64,000 nt of DNA from Salisapilia sapeloensis CBS 127946 (taxonomy: Eukaryota; Protista; Oomycota). A program made the translations under genes and the position numbers. Numbering within the stretch: position 1 is the stretch's first letter; each line of letters starts with the position of its first letter. Of this stretch, positions 20,862 to 31,122 are shown piece after piece. The notes beneath the pieces are model-generated. The model saw nothing but the letters and a program-made list of their open reading frames with translations, had not been told where the DNA came from and did no database searches. The stretch is from positions 62,001 to 126,000 of the forward strand of contig JAADVB010000007.1 of NCBI GenBank assembly GCA_023334545.1. The letters are read 5' to 3'.

Positions 20862-22785
20862 TTATTCGCAAGCAAGCTTTGAATCGAAGCTGCTCAGGGT
20901 AATTCCGAAGGCTTGAAGAGGGCAAAGTGGCCAACGGAAATCCATCGTAAAGAGATCTTTACCAACTCGGCCAAACTGAAGTACAACAGTCTCTTGATCT
21001 TCAGGTGTTACAAGTTGGAAGTTCTTCACGGAAGCCATCGTGACCCGTCCATTAAAGTTGAGGACATACGCGCAGACTTGATCGTTCCAACGTGGAGGCT
21101 TGTTGATCAGATAGGTCAGGTTCGTGTGGTCCTGCTCTTTGCATTTCTGGACCATTTCTCCATCCCTCGTCATCGGCTTCCACGCCATATAGCTGTTGTC
21201 CTCTTTCACTCGTGGCACGCAGACCTTCATCTTCCGTGGCCCACGGTGTCCAAGCACATTTGCAGAGTACAGTGCAATACCTAGCTCTTCGCGAACGTTC
21301 GCCGCCGTTGCTCCAGGTTCCTTCGGACTCACTCCATTATCGTATATAGTGAATTCAGTACCGAGGAAGTTGGAGCGTAGCTTTCCCAAAAAGTTGTCGC
21401 TTCCGTGGCGCGTTAGGTCTCCACGCTGCATGGAAATTAAGTAGTTACTCGTGCGGTTCTTCGCTCGTTTCTTTGCTGTGAGTAGGAATCGATCTCCGTC
21501 TTTCAAATAGAGACAGTACTCAGGGAAGACTTTATTCGCCCCAGATTTGTTGCGCTCAATGTAGCATTCAACGATATCATTCGCCTTGGGAACTGGTTTC
21601 GTCAAGAATGTGCGCATATCAGTGATATCAATTCTCTTCCTGGCTTTAGTTTCATCTTTGCCTTTTGACAAGTTTCGGCGTTCCTTGTGATTTCCACGCC
21701 GACCACGGCTACTATCATCATCTCTACGATCAGGAGAATCTGGGGAGCGAGAATAAGAGCGCGATTGCGATCGGCGAGGGGATGCTGACGAGGACCTTGA
21801 TCTTGAGCGTGAACGTGAGCGTGACTCAGAAGAATACCGATCGCGACCTCTTCCACTCTACGATGTGATAACAGGATTATCACTCATTTTCATAAAACGT
21901 AATTTGCTATGATACTGTATTGTTACCTTACGAGAGTCCTCTTTGCCACTGGATGTATAGCGAGTATTTTGTTAGTACGGAAGCATCGAATTGTCTATAT
22001 AAATAGCATTGGCTTACCGTCCTAAGTGTCGTGGAGGAGTATGCTGACGTTTCTTTATACGCGCTTCACGCTCTCTACTAGCACTACGATCACGATTGTC
22101 ACGAGAATAGCTTTGCACTTTGTTGCCTGTGCGCTCTCGGCTGTGATCCCGATCGCGTCGACCCCTTTCACGACTGCGGTCTTTCCGATACTCTCGACTA
22201 CCACGATCGTCGCGACGATCTCGATCGTTTCGACTATATCCGCTACGATTCGCGTACTCATCGTTATCTTCCTCTAGACGTCGGCTTGAAGAAGGTTCAT
22301 TCATGTTACGACGAGGTCGACTAGAACGGCCGAAAGGATCATCGTCTCGGTCATCGTCTCGTCCAAAGCGTCTACAACATACTTTCAGCAAAGGGCCATA
22401 ATGAAGTTTACAGTAACCACAAGCTGACGTACGTTGGGTTATCATCAACATCAGTGGAGCGAGGGGCTGAAAAGTTTCTTGGCATGGATGAGCGGACGAC
22501 ACCTCCACCCAGTCTCTCTTGTAACTTCTTCTTTTGCAAGTCTCGCTGGTGCTCAATTACACTAGAGCGCGACCCACTCAAGTATGCATCCGTGCCATCT
22601 AAATCCACCACTTCGTCCTCTCTCGAACGACCGCCAGAGTGACTCCCAGGACGCCCGCTACGACGGTCATCTAGATCCAGCGTTTCAATTTTGTCAGACA
22701 AACTCTCTTTCTGTTCTTCCATGTCATCGTGTCTTCCCCGACGAGAGGATCGAGGCGAGTCCTCGAAATCGTCTTTCATAAACAT
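20862..22785 (-). CDS. Tubby-like protein (TULP) with long RD/RS-rich N-terminus, multi-exon
   Basis: Complete Tub domain (FLLTAKKRAKNRTSNYLIS, GKLRSNFLGTEFTIYD, GPRKM, NKPPRWN, YVLNFNGRVTMASVKNFQL, LQFGRVGKDLFTMDFRWP, AFGITLSSFDSKLACE). The frame extends to the acceptor at 21857. Upstream exons are at 22014-22785. Confidence 0.88.
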
Positions 22786-23066
22786 TTTACTTTACTTGCT
22801 TTAGTCTCAACACGTAAAAGGCGTGAGCTACAGGGAGAAAACGAAAGTGGAGAGAGGTTACAGGAGAAAACGATTTCTGAAAATAGCTTGAATCGTTGTT
22901 AAGATCTCGCATCCGTTTCAATCTATTGTGAGTAAAGAAGATGATGCCTGTTTCTGGAGAGAAAGTGAAGGATAGTAGATTGATTCTTGGCTACGAGAAA
23001 AATAAACGCAAGGCGCATTTTAAAGCAAACATGATCATATTGCATCTGAATTAGCATCCTTTGTCT

Positions 23067-26000
23067 TTACTCACTACCATCATCGTCCTCCGTTGTCATC
23101 GTTTTCGTGGTATTCGAAGTGTCACTACTTGTACCTCCAGCGCCATACTGAGTAGCGCAGTAGAGACCACCAAACTGCGAGAAGGAGTTTTCAGGGCAAT
23201 CGAAGCATTCTAAATTCCCCTCCTTGCTGAAGAACAAGTACTGGTTGATCTTACAGCATCGTTTTCCAGCGCCTGAGGTTGCCTTCGTACTAGATCTCGT
23301 ACTGTCGTCATCTTCATCCTCGCTAGAAGATGCAGTTGTGGTAGACCCTTCACTGTCATCATCGTCATCTTCATCTGAAGATGCACTAGCGGTCGAGGTC
23401 ATAGCCTCACCATCTTCATCCTTGTCTGAAGGTGCGCTCGTGCTAGTTGTCGCAGCACCACTCTCTTCACTCCTGAGCGAAGATGCAGCCTTGCTCGATC
23501 TTGCAGATTGATTATCTTCGAACTTTTCTGAAGATGCACTCGTTCCAGACCCTTCACTTTCTTCACCTCTGAGCGAAGGTGCCTTCGTGGTAGGTTCAGC
23601 AGAATTTTCTTTAACCTCGGCTGAAGGTGTTGTCTGCGCAGATCCTGCACTGTCATTTCCAGAGACAGCCTCTTCGTCCGCACCAGAATCCTCCGACTGC
23701 AATCTTCGTCGATTTACCGAGTAGACCATGACGTCGTAATCGACATAGATCAAAGCTGGTGTTGTGATTGTGTCAAAGTTGATTCTGTCACCATTCGATT
23801 CACCGAATACCGCAGTCATAGACCAGTCACTGAAGAGCGACGGCTGAATCGCTTCTTGCGCGACGTATCCGTTCTCGCCGTTTCTTTCAATGCAGTAATT
23901 TGGAATATCGTACGCGCATTCTTGATACTTATGGTCATCGCATTTCTCGTCTCCTGGCCTTTGTTCGTATTCCGTCCAGAATAGACGCTCTGGGATGTTA
24001 AACATTTTGTTATTCCGTGCCGGGCCCAGATTGGTGACGTTGCCAGACTTTACAAGGATCTGCACTGTATCACCCTCTTCGGCATAGTTAGCATACCGCG
24101 GCGGCAGTGTCACTTGGAACTTGGTGATGTAATGCACTTTGTTTTCGAGATCCGATGCCTTGTCGATCCATTTATTCGTGGCTAGCCATTCGGCCTCGTT
24201 TGTTGGGAACGAAAAGTGCACCGTTTGTCCACGCATAAGCTGATTGAAATTGATGAAAAAGCTCGAATTGCCCGACGCTTCGGAGAGACCTGTTGGGATG
24301 GTAGCCGTCCTTTTATACACATCCTCGAAGCCGTCGCTATCAGGGGTGCTTCGAATGAAGTCAATATTATCCTTTGTAATCTCCTTCTCCGCATCATAGA
24401 TGTAAGTCTTGCATTCACGTGTCGTTTCGCCGCCATTCATGTACATGCTTTGGTCACATTTCGCTCGAAGCGCCGAAATGATCTTGACCTGGTTGGCTAA
24501 CAGACCTGAAGTCACCTGCAGCGCATGGTAGTTTTGAAGTTTGTACCAACGAAGGAGATCGGTCTTGGACTTGACGTCATCATCTTTGATGATCGAGTTG
24601 ATTTCATCATCGCTCAAGGCACCATCCTCCAGATCCTTGTTGAGCATATTATCTGTGCGTTCAGTCACAGCATACTTGGCACACTCGCGCACGGTGTCAC
24701 GATATTCCTCCAAGAATGTGTCAATATTCGTGAGAGCGCTGAACATGAGGCTGCTCTTTTGCGGGAATTTCATACAGTCCAAGTTGCTTGCTCGACCAGT
24801 TTCCTCACACAAGCCAGAAGCAAGTTGCTCAATAGCTTGTTGGACACCCGCGATGGCAGTCGCGTTGGTTGCAGTCCGGTAATTAGCCACTGCTTCCGAG
24901 TAATTACTTGTGATATTCGCAAAAGCCTCGTCTGACATGTCTTTGTCATTAATCGCGTCAATAAGTGGTCTCATGACTTTTCCCATATTCATTGCCGTAT
25001 CAGTATCAGTTTTCATGCCATCGACCAAGTAGTTTAGTTGATCCTCCAAAGCGCTCGCATACGTTTTTGCCTTTTGGTTGTCAATTACCCTTATACCGTT
25101 CTGGATAGTATTCTTAACGCCATTGATAACATCACCTATTGGGCCCAAACCCGTCTCCTCTTGACTTTTGACACCAGACTTGGCCGATTTAAAGTCGAGA
25201 GCGATATTCACGATGTTCATCACGCCTTCAAAAATCTGATTCAAGTCGGCTTTCAACTTGATGCTGTCCACTAGCTCCATGAAGCCATCCCTGCCGTCTT
25301 TATAATCCTTTTCGGCATCCTCCACTTTATCCAGAATGTTGTCCATCTTGGCTCTCGCTACCTCCTTTTTGAATCCGTTTTTTTCTTTCATAAATTTTCG
25401 GAGTGTTGACGCAGTCGTTTTGATGTTGTCCTGATATGCCTTCATCTCTTTCGTGACATCCGTCTTCACCACGTCCATGAGCTGATCTTTAAACTTAAAC
25501 GCTAGCTCACCAAATTCACCCACGCTTTTAAACAGTTCGGAATGAATCGACAAGTAATCACTTTTTGTTGCCAGCGTATCCAGATACTCGTTGACGTCCG
25601 ATTCTGTCCATTCCTGCAGGTCCGTCGGGATGTCCGGATTGACTGACGCACTTTGCTTCGTAGCAAAGTTGTTGACTTGCTGGAAGATGTGCGGCAGTAG
25701 ACACAAGTTTATCTTGAATCCTTTTCCAGCACACAAGGTTGATACAAAGTCCATCAGTTCCTTCGTTCCATTGTTCGAACCCATCTCATGAATCTTTTTC
25801 AAATTGGAGCTACTCACACCATTGGAACTGGCCATGATGGCATCTTGCAACTTGGATAGGATCGGATTGGCAACTCCTTCACCCACGTTCCCATCCTTTG
25901 ATAAAAAGTCTGCTGAGAAGTCTTCAGTGATACCAGCATTCGCGAGGATAGCCATTTGAACGATCGAGTGTATCCCGATCGATTCATTCACTTTGTTTTC

Positions 26001-27332
26001 CACAATCGGCGTGAACCAAAACTCTCCAGGAACTGTTTCATCCCGAAGTTGAGTCAAGTTTTCGGAATTCAATCTGTTGTATAAGACTCGAGTGTGATTC
26101 ACCTTCTCTGCAAAGGTCCAGTCTTCACGCGCGTTGGCTAGGAACGCCGATGCATACAAGTGTTTGGCCATTAGGTCAAATTCGTTATCGTTATCACTGA
26201 CGACGAGGCTTTCATCGTTTTCATAGTCGATCATTTTCTGTTGGGTAACGATGCAACGAGCAAACGCATCCGTAGTGCTTTTGGGCTCGTATCCATTCTT
26301 GATAAAGCTGTCCATCACAACTGTCCAATTGAGATAATCTCCATTCGAAACGACATTTTCACGTGCCAGCTCACGTATCTGAAACTTCTCGCAAATATCC
26401 TCGCCAAGGGATCCAAACTTGTCCTGGTACGTTTCGTTCAGCCTCCTTGAAATCAATTGGAACGTTGTTCGCAAAGCAAGCTTCATGGAGTCCGTCGTGC
26501 CATTGCTACTCTGGAACTTGTTGAACGAAAAGTTCTCATCAAACAGAAGTGCCATTGCAAGGTCGTAGGCGATCCAACGTGACGCGAGCTTTCCTCCGTT
26601 TTCAAGCGTAGACTTGCGATAGCCAAGCATACGAGCATCCAACTCATGAATCTTGGATCTAGCTTCTTCTCCATCTGTGCCTACAGGAAACAAATACGAG
26701 CGATAGGTGATGGCAGGAGAGCCTTTCCATTCACCATCAATGAGCGAAATAGCATCGCCTTGGCTAATCAACAAGGCGATGTCTTCATCCTTAAACTTGT
26801 ACACCCTGAACATGGTTGCGCTCTCTTCCGTCGCATACGCTCCGATCACAGGCTTTTCAGGATCAATAGCTCCGTCGTAGGCAAAAAACTCATCGTCTCC
26901 ACCCTTCATCAAAATGTCACCGTTTGGGCCTTTCCCAATCAGTTGCACATACATGGACTTTGTTTCGCTGCTACTGGCCTCCTTGTCGCCTGGTACCAAG
27001 TTGTACATCTTGTAATCATCACCCATGGCGGAAAAAGCGAACATTGCGCCTTTTTTGAAAGCGGATAACTCACCGGTAGTGGTTAAAAGTTCCCATCCAG
27101 ACCATTCACCAGTGTCATCACCTTCTGGGGAAATTATGTTCGGATTTTCTTCAATTTTGTCGAGATTGGCGGTATCAAGCGTGCTGCCCGAGCTACTACT
27201 CACGGCATCATCGCTATCTTCATCACCCGCAGAGAGGGTCGTATCGGCGTCGCTACCACTGCCCGATTGTGCCCACGCAATCGACATTGCGACGTAGTAA
27301 AGCAACGCTAGTAGATATATCCGAGATTTCAT
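23067..27332 (-). CDS. Large secreted multi-domain protein, candidate pore-forming-toxin-like; family unassigned
   Basis: Intronless ORF. ATG 27332 MKSRIYLLALLYYVAMSIAWA is a signal peptide, followed by a beta-rich N-domain, long helical core, beta-rich domain with PSLFSDWSM, S/D/E-rich linker and a Cys module (CC...C..CP...YC). Confidence 0.85.
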   Translation of the reverse strand: MKSRIYLLALLYYVAMSIAWAQSGSGSDADTTLSAGDEDSDDAVSSSSGSTLDTANLDKIEENPNIISPEGDDTGEWSGWELLTTTGELSAFKKGAMFAFSAMGDDYKMYNLVPGDKEASSSETKSMYVQLIGKGPNGDILMKGGDDEFFAYDGAIDPEKPVIGAYATEESATMFRVYKFKDEDIALLISQGDAISLIDGEWKGSPAITYRSYLFPVGTDGEEARSKIHELDARMLGYRKSTLENGGKLASRWIAYDLAMALLFDENFSFNKFQSSNGTTDSMKLALRTTFQLISRRLNETYQDKFGSLGEDICEKFQIRELARENVVSNGDYLNWTVVMDSFIKNGYEPKSTTDAFARCIVTQQKMIDYENDESLVVSDNDNEFDLMAKHLYASAFLANAREDWTFAEKVNHTRVLYNRLNSENLTQLRDETVPGEFWFTPIVENKVNESIGIHSIVQMAILANAGITEDFSADFLSKDGNVGEGVANPILSKLQDAIMASSNGVSSSNLKKIHEMGSNNGTKELMDFVSTLCAGKGFKINLCLLPHIFQQVNNFATKQSASVNPDIPTDLQEWTESDVNEYLDTLATKSDYLSIHSELFKSVGEFGELAFKFKDQLMDVVKTDVTKEMKAYQDNIKTTASTLRKFMKEKNGFKKEVARAKMDNILDKVEDAEKDYKDGRDGFMELVDSIKLKADLNQIFEGVMNIVNIALDFKSAKSGVKSQEETGLGPIGDVINGVKNTIQNGIRVIDNQKAKTYASALEDQLNYLVDGMKTDTDTAMNMGKVMRPLIDAINDKDMSDEAFANITSNYSEAVANYRTATNATAIAGVQQAIEQLASGLCEETGRASNLDCMKFPQKSSLMFSALTNIDTFLEEYRDTVRECAKYAVTERTDNMLNKDLEDGALSDDEINSIIKDDDVKSKTDLLRWYKLQNYHALQVTSGLLANQVKIISALRAKCDQSMYMNGGETTRECKTYIYDAEKEITKDNIDFIRSTPDSDGFEDVYKRTATIPTGLSEASGNSSFFINFNQLMRGQTVHFSFPTNEAEWLATNKWIDKASDLENKVHYITKFQVTLPPRYANYAEEGDTVQILVKSGNVTNLGPARNNKMFNIPERLFWTEYEQRPGDEKCDDHKYQECAYDIPNYCIERNGENGYVAQEAIQPSLFSDWSMTAVFGESNGDRINFDTITTPALIYVDYDVMVYSVNRRRLQSEDSGADEEAVSGNDSAGSAQTTPSAEVKENSAEPTTKAPSLRGEESEGSGTSASSEKFEDNQSARSSKAASSLRSEESGAATTSTSAPSDKDEDGEAMTSTASASSDEDDDDDSEGSTTTASSSEDEDDDSTRSSTKATSGAGKRCCKINQYLFFSKEGNLECFDCPENSFSQFGGLYCATQYGAGGTSSDTSNTTKTMTTEDDDGSE

Positions 27333-27442
27333 GGCGACCATGCTGTCCGATGAATCAAAAGTAGGAATGAGCTTTTTCACCAGAGGAGTCAAGTTGATGC
27401 CAGCTCAGAAGCACTTTGAGCCACGAAGGTAGGCAGAGAAGA

Positions 27443-27526
27443 CAAGTCATCCAGCGACGATTCCCTCCCAACTCCAAGTCATCCAGCTCAACAGCTGACG
27501 TGTTCCACGTCAGCCAAGTCGCCCAG
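27443..27526. promoter_or_regulatory. Repeated/palindromic motif module upstream of the large secreted protein
   Basis: CAAGTCATCCAGC at 27443 and 27475, CAAGTCGCCCAG at 27515, and a perfect inverted repeat GCTGACGTG-ttc-CACGTCAGC at 27494-27514. Confidence 0.55.
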
Positions 27527-27799
27527 ATGGTTTCACGCAAAGTATTTTTGTATCACCTTTTGCTATTGTTTATCCGATGGACGCTTTAGGTTCCTGAGGC
27601 AACGTGTAAATCGCCAAAGTTAACACTGACACGGTGTATCGACTTGCATATGACCACCCCATTAATACGACCATCCGTGGCACCACAGGATATACTCGAA
27701 AGTTCCATTTTGCGGATAAGGGCATACACGTAATCGCATATTGGATTGTAAAACTTTCGTGTTGTAGAAAATATCCCTACAGTCATCTTTCCTTCTTTG

Positions 27800-28264
27800 C
27801 TACGTAGCATGGCGATCGGATGGCTTCTCCATGTAGCAGTGCTTGATGTTCTGCTCATAAAAAATGTCGTCTTCGTTTGGACAAGCGTATCCACATTTTT
27901 TATAAAACCCTCGGCGATGATATTGCGAGTTGAGCTGAAACAAGTCTACCTGGCTACGAAGATCGTTCTCAATGGCTTCCATGAGCTCAAACCCCAGTCG
28001 TTGTCCGCGATACTTGCCTAGTACTGCAAAGCGACCGACTTTGGCCCGCTTCTTGTCAAAGTCGAGCAGGACACGGGCGACGCCGACGTATTCATTGAGT
28101 TCATTGTGCTTGGCCAAGTAGTGGTACGTCGACGGCTCCGAGTCCTTTTCGTCCATTTGCTCATCCTTGGGTTGCTTGAATTCATCCACGAAAACTTGCA
28201 TTCGCAATTGCTCGACCATTTGCATCTCCTCTTTCGTTGTTGCTCGTACCACTGTCAGACTCAT
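27800..28264 (-). CDS. GNAT N-acetyltransferase, ElaA/YjcF-like
   Basis: LRMQVFVDE, VGVARV, KVGRFAVLGKYRGQRLGFELM (acetyl-CoA motif A), LNSQYHRRGFYKKCGY, NIKHCYM. Confidence 0.85.
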   Translation of the reverse strand: MSLTVVRATTKEEMQMVEQLRMQVFVDEFKQPKDEQMDEKDSEPSTYHYLAKHNELNEYVGVARVLLDFDKKRAKVGRFAVLGKYRGQRLGFELMEAIENDLRSQVDLFQLNSQYHRRGFYKKCGYACPNEDDIFYEQNIKHCYMEKPSDRHAT

Positions 28265-28295
28265 GGCTATTGAAATGTAGTGATAATGCAGCGAG

Positions 28296-28743
28296 TTAGT
28301 TTATGAGACTTGCGTGACCTCCTCTTGCCACTACATGCCGTTTTATCCATCCCATCGACCTGATGCGATGAGCAGAGTTCCATATGTGGCGTTTGTGGCA
28401 TACAATGTAAAGTCGTACGTGAATATCTATGTCGAGTGCGTCTTGCGCTAGAGGTCTTTCAGCACTATACACTACTGTCTTTGGATACAATTAGGCTTTG
28501 CAGGCTAGCCTCATCGTACAAAGTGTCTCTTGTATTCCGCAGAGCACCGTCATCGCGATAGAAGTCTTATGAAAGTAATACATACACCGCATCAACCAAG
28601 CAATTTCCAACGTTGGTTTGATCGAACAGACTCTGTGCATCGATAGTTTGTTTGATGCGGCAAATAGTCTTAAACAGTTTGGTGCCTTGTACACGATTCG
28701 TGCAAAGTACAGTGACTACTCACTTACACCAAACCGCCATCAT
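28296..28743 (-). CDS. Possible small multi-exon gene missed by the ORF track
   Basis: ATG 28743 MMAVW, strong donor GTAAGT, then CTKLFKTICRIKQTIDAQSLFDQTNVGNCLVDA, with further GT...AG segments downstream. 3' structure unresolved. Confidence 0.3.
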
Positions 28744-29552
28744 CGATAGATGACAAACTATACGATTAAACTTCTTCGTGACAATTACAGAGCGTCTACT
28801 AGTCATCAGAGCCCCTAAATCAGTCTTCCATACGCCTTATGTCAAGACCGATGTCCTGCATTTATATGGAACTACTATTGGAAATTTTATATTAATTTTG
28901 TTTACTTTCAACAGCGCACACAAGTTGCCTGCATGTAGTTAACAAACCGTCGCTAGAGCGTCCTTCGAGCTCATGATGCGCCTAGCTGCAATGCCAATGC
29001 TTACTCGTCATCGCATTGAAATCTGGGCAGCACGATGACAATAATATTAATTTTCTTTTCAAAAATATAATATCATTTTTATTGATTGAATTGAGTAGAT
29101 GTATTTCCATCTCGAAACTAGATGACATTAATGCGTTGTACAAAGCATCCATGGAGATTCATATGGAATGAACCTTTTAAGAGATTTAGATTTAAATAGT
29201 AAAGGAGGTGAAAATGCTTCTAGCAAGACACTTGTCTGCTGTAGTTCCATAGTATAGCAAGTACGACTCAAGTGAACACTTGTAATTTCATAGCCGCACG
29301 ATATTATCCCAAAATTTAAATATCGTCTAAGATAGCGATCACTTGACCCGATGTTCATGCATCGGTATTCCTACTAACTAACTGCAAATCTACCAGGTAT
29401 TATCAAACAACTACCGTTTCGAATGCTAGAATTCGTATAAAACTGCAAGCAAAGAGCAAGCGAAATAAGTGACGGACAGAAAAGTAGCTTATTGTCGTTT
29501 ACGATCAAAAACTACGCTTCGGCCGTCGCTGTGATGACAAAAATGATGAAGT

Positions 29553-30785
29553 CTATTTCAATATCGCACAAATGACAATCGGTTTGAACGTCTTCCCAGC
29601 ACTATTCACAACCGCAACATCCTTTGTCTCTCGGCCGATTTTATCATACCGCACTTTATTACCGTGCAGACCATGGACACCATCAAACGCAAGCTTTGCA
29701 TGAACTGGGGAAGTAAAAGTGACCATGCATGAACCATGCTTGGACTTGTCTTTGTACTGCACAGGCTCGACGGCTACAGGTGCCACTTTGCCATTCTGTA
29801 CAAAAAAGTTTTCGATATCGAGGCTCGAAACACCTTTTGCAATGCGATGGACACGCAGCCGATTTGACCAGTTCCGTCGACGGTCGTCCTTTTCATTACT
29901 AGGCTTGGATGCCCTGACACCATGCAGCTCTTCGTATGAAGGAATGATGGCACCACTTGCATGGTAGACTGCATGCTTGGCAGCGAGCATGGATGCTTGT
30001 GCGTCGATGGCACTGTCATGTCCGTCCGGCATTTCGAATTCAAGCAAATGTTTTGTTAGACACTTTAGTCCTGGGAACCGATGCTTTGCAGGACCTTCGC
30101 GTCTGCGAAAGATGAGCGACGTGTCGATCACTCGATCGTGTTGAATGCGGAGACTGCTTAAATCGCCATGGACGGAATGGCCGACGACAATCGTGTCTGC
30201 ATCAATGAACTTAAGCAGGTATTTCTGAGCTTTGTGAACTGAGATCTGGGAAGTAGCAATCTGATCAAGCGATATGCCATGGATGTCAGTCTTCGGATCG
30301 ACTATGCGATGGCCGGGTTCTGGCTGATGGACGATCAAATCTGCAAGAATGCTTCGAATCATATCTTCTCCGTCAACTACGGACACTCGGCAAAGTGAAT
30401 TCGACACTTTGGTTTTGCTCTCGAGCTCCAGCGTAACGCACATTTCACAATCGATCGCAACAATCCGCTTCCACGTCGCTTTTTTCGTCTTGTGCTTTTT
30501 CGTCGTCACCCATCCAGCGGCTTTAGAAGCATTCGGAAAGGAGAACTTCTTTTCAAAGCTCTCATCTTCTTTGGTCAATGCAACCAACTTTTCCCACTCC
30601 TCCATGTCGGGATCGGCACTCAAGTCATCCGTAAGGAGGTCGAGCATTCGCTGCTTGGCAAAAGCTGACACTTCTGCTAATCGCTGTTTCTTCGATTTGG
30701 AATTTTGAGCATTGGATAGAAGAGATGCATTTTCTGTAGAAGCAACTTGAGACTGCAATGACCGTTTCTTGGACTCTTTCGGCAT
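29553..30785 (-). CDS. REX1/REXO-like DEDDh RNA exonuclease with C-terminal RRM-like domain
   Basis: IVAIDCEM (ExoI), VVGHSVHGDL (ExoII), GHDSAIDA (ExoIII); RLRVHRI...CMVTF RRM-like. Likely ATG 30785. Confidence 0.88.
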   Translation of the reverse strand: MPKESKKRSLQSQVASTENASLLSNAQNSKSKKQRLAEVSAFAKQRMLDLLTDDLSADPDMEEWEKLVALTKEDESFEKKFSFPNASKAAGWVTTKKHKTKKATWKRIVAIDCEMCVTLELESKTKVSNSLCRVSVVDGEDMIRSILADLIVHQPEPGHRIVDPKTDIHGISLDQIATSQISVHKAQKYLLKFIDADTIVVGHSVHGDLSSLRIQHDRVIDTSLIFRRREGPAKHRFPGLKCLTKHLLEFEMPDGHDSAIDAQASMLAAKHAVYHASGAIIPSYEELHGVRASKPSNEKDDRRRNWSNRLRVHRIAKGVSSLDIENFFVQNGKVAPVAVEPVQYKDKSKHGSCMVTFTSPVHAKLAFDGVHGLHGNKVRYDKIGRETKDVAVVNSAGKTFKPIVICAILK

Positions 30786-31122
30786 AATCGACTCACCTAC
30801 CTTGATGCTAGTCATCCTCGACTGGAAATGCACTTGTACCCAACCAAACGTCTCGATTTGCAGTCCTATTCTCACTTGCTTTTTGTATTTAAAAATTGCT
30901 ACATCACTGACTTCCATGATTGCCTCATCTTTATACAGCAAATTTTATTGGACAAATAAACGTTTAAGTACGGTTATTAATTGGTAAAAATAGAAACATC
31001 ATCAAAACTATGTAGTCCACCTCACTTGATGCGTCATCCGACGGACCAGAGCTATCAAATTTCGAATCCGTTCGTCCGATCCTCCGCACTCTATTTTTTT
31101 TACCTTAAGCGAGAAGATCACC

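Noticed and set aside
23690-23720. RRRLQ in the large secreted protein as an RxLR effector motif
   Set aside because: It is not RxLR-dEER and lies about 1200 aa from the signal peptide; better read as a protease-processing motif.
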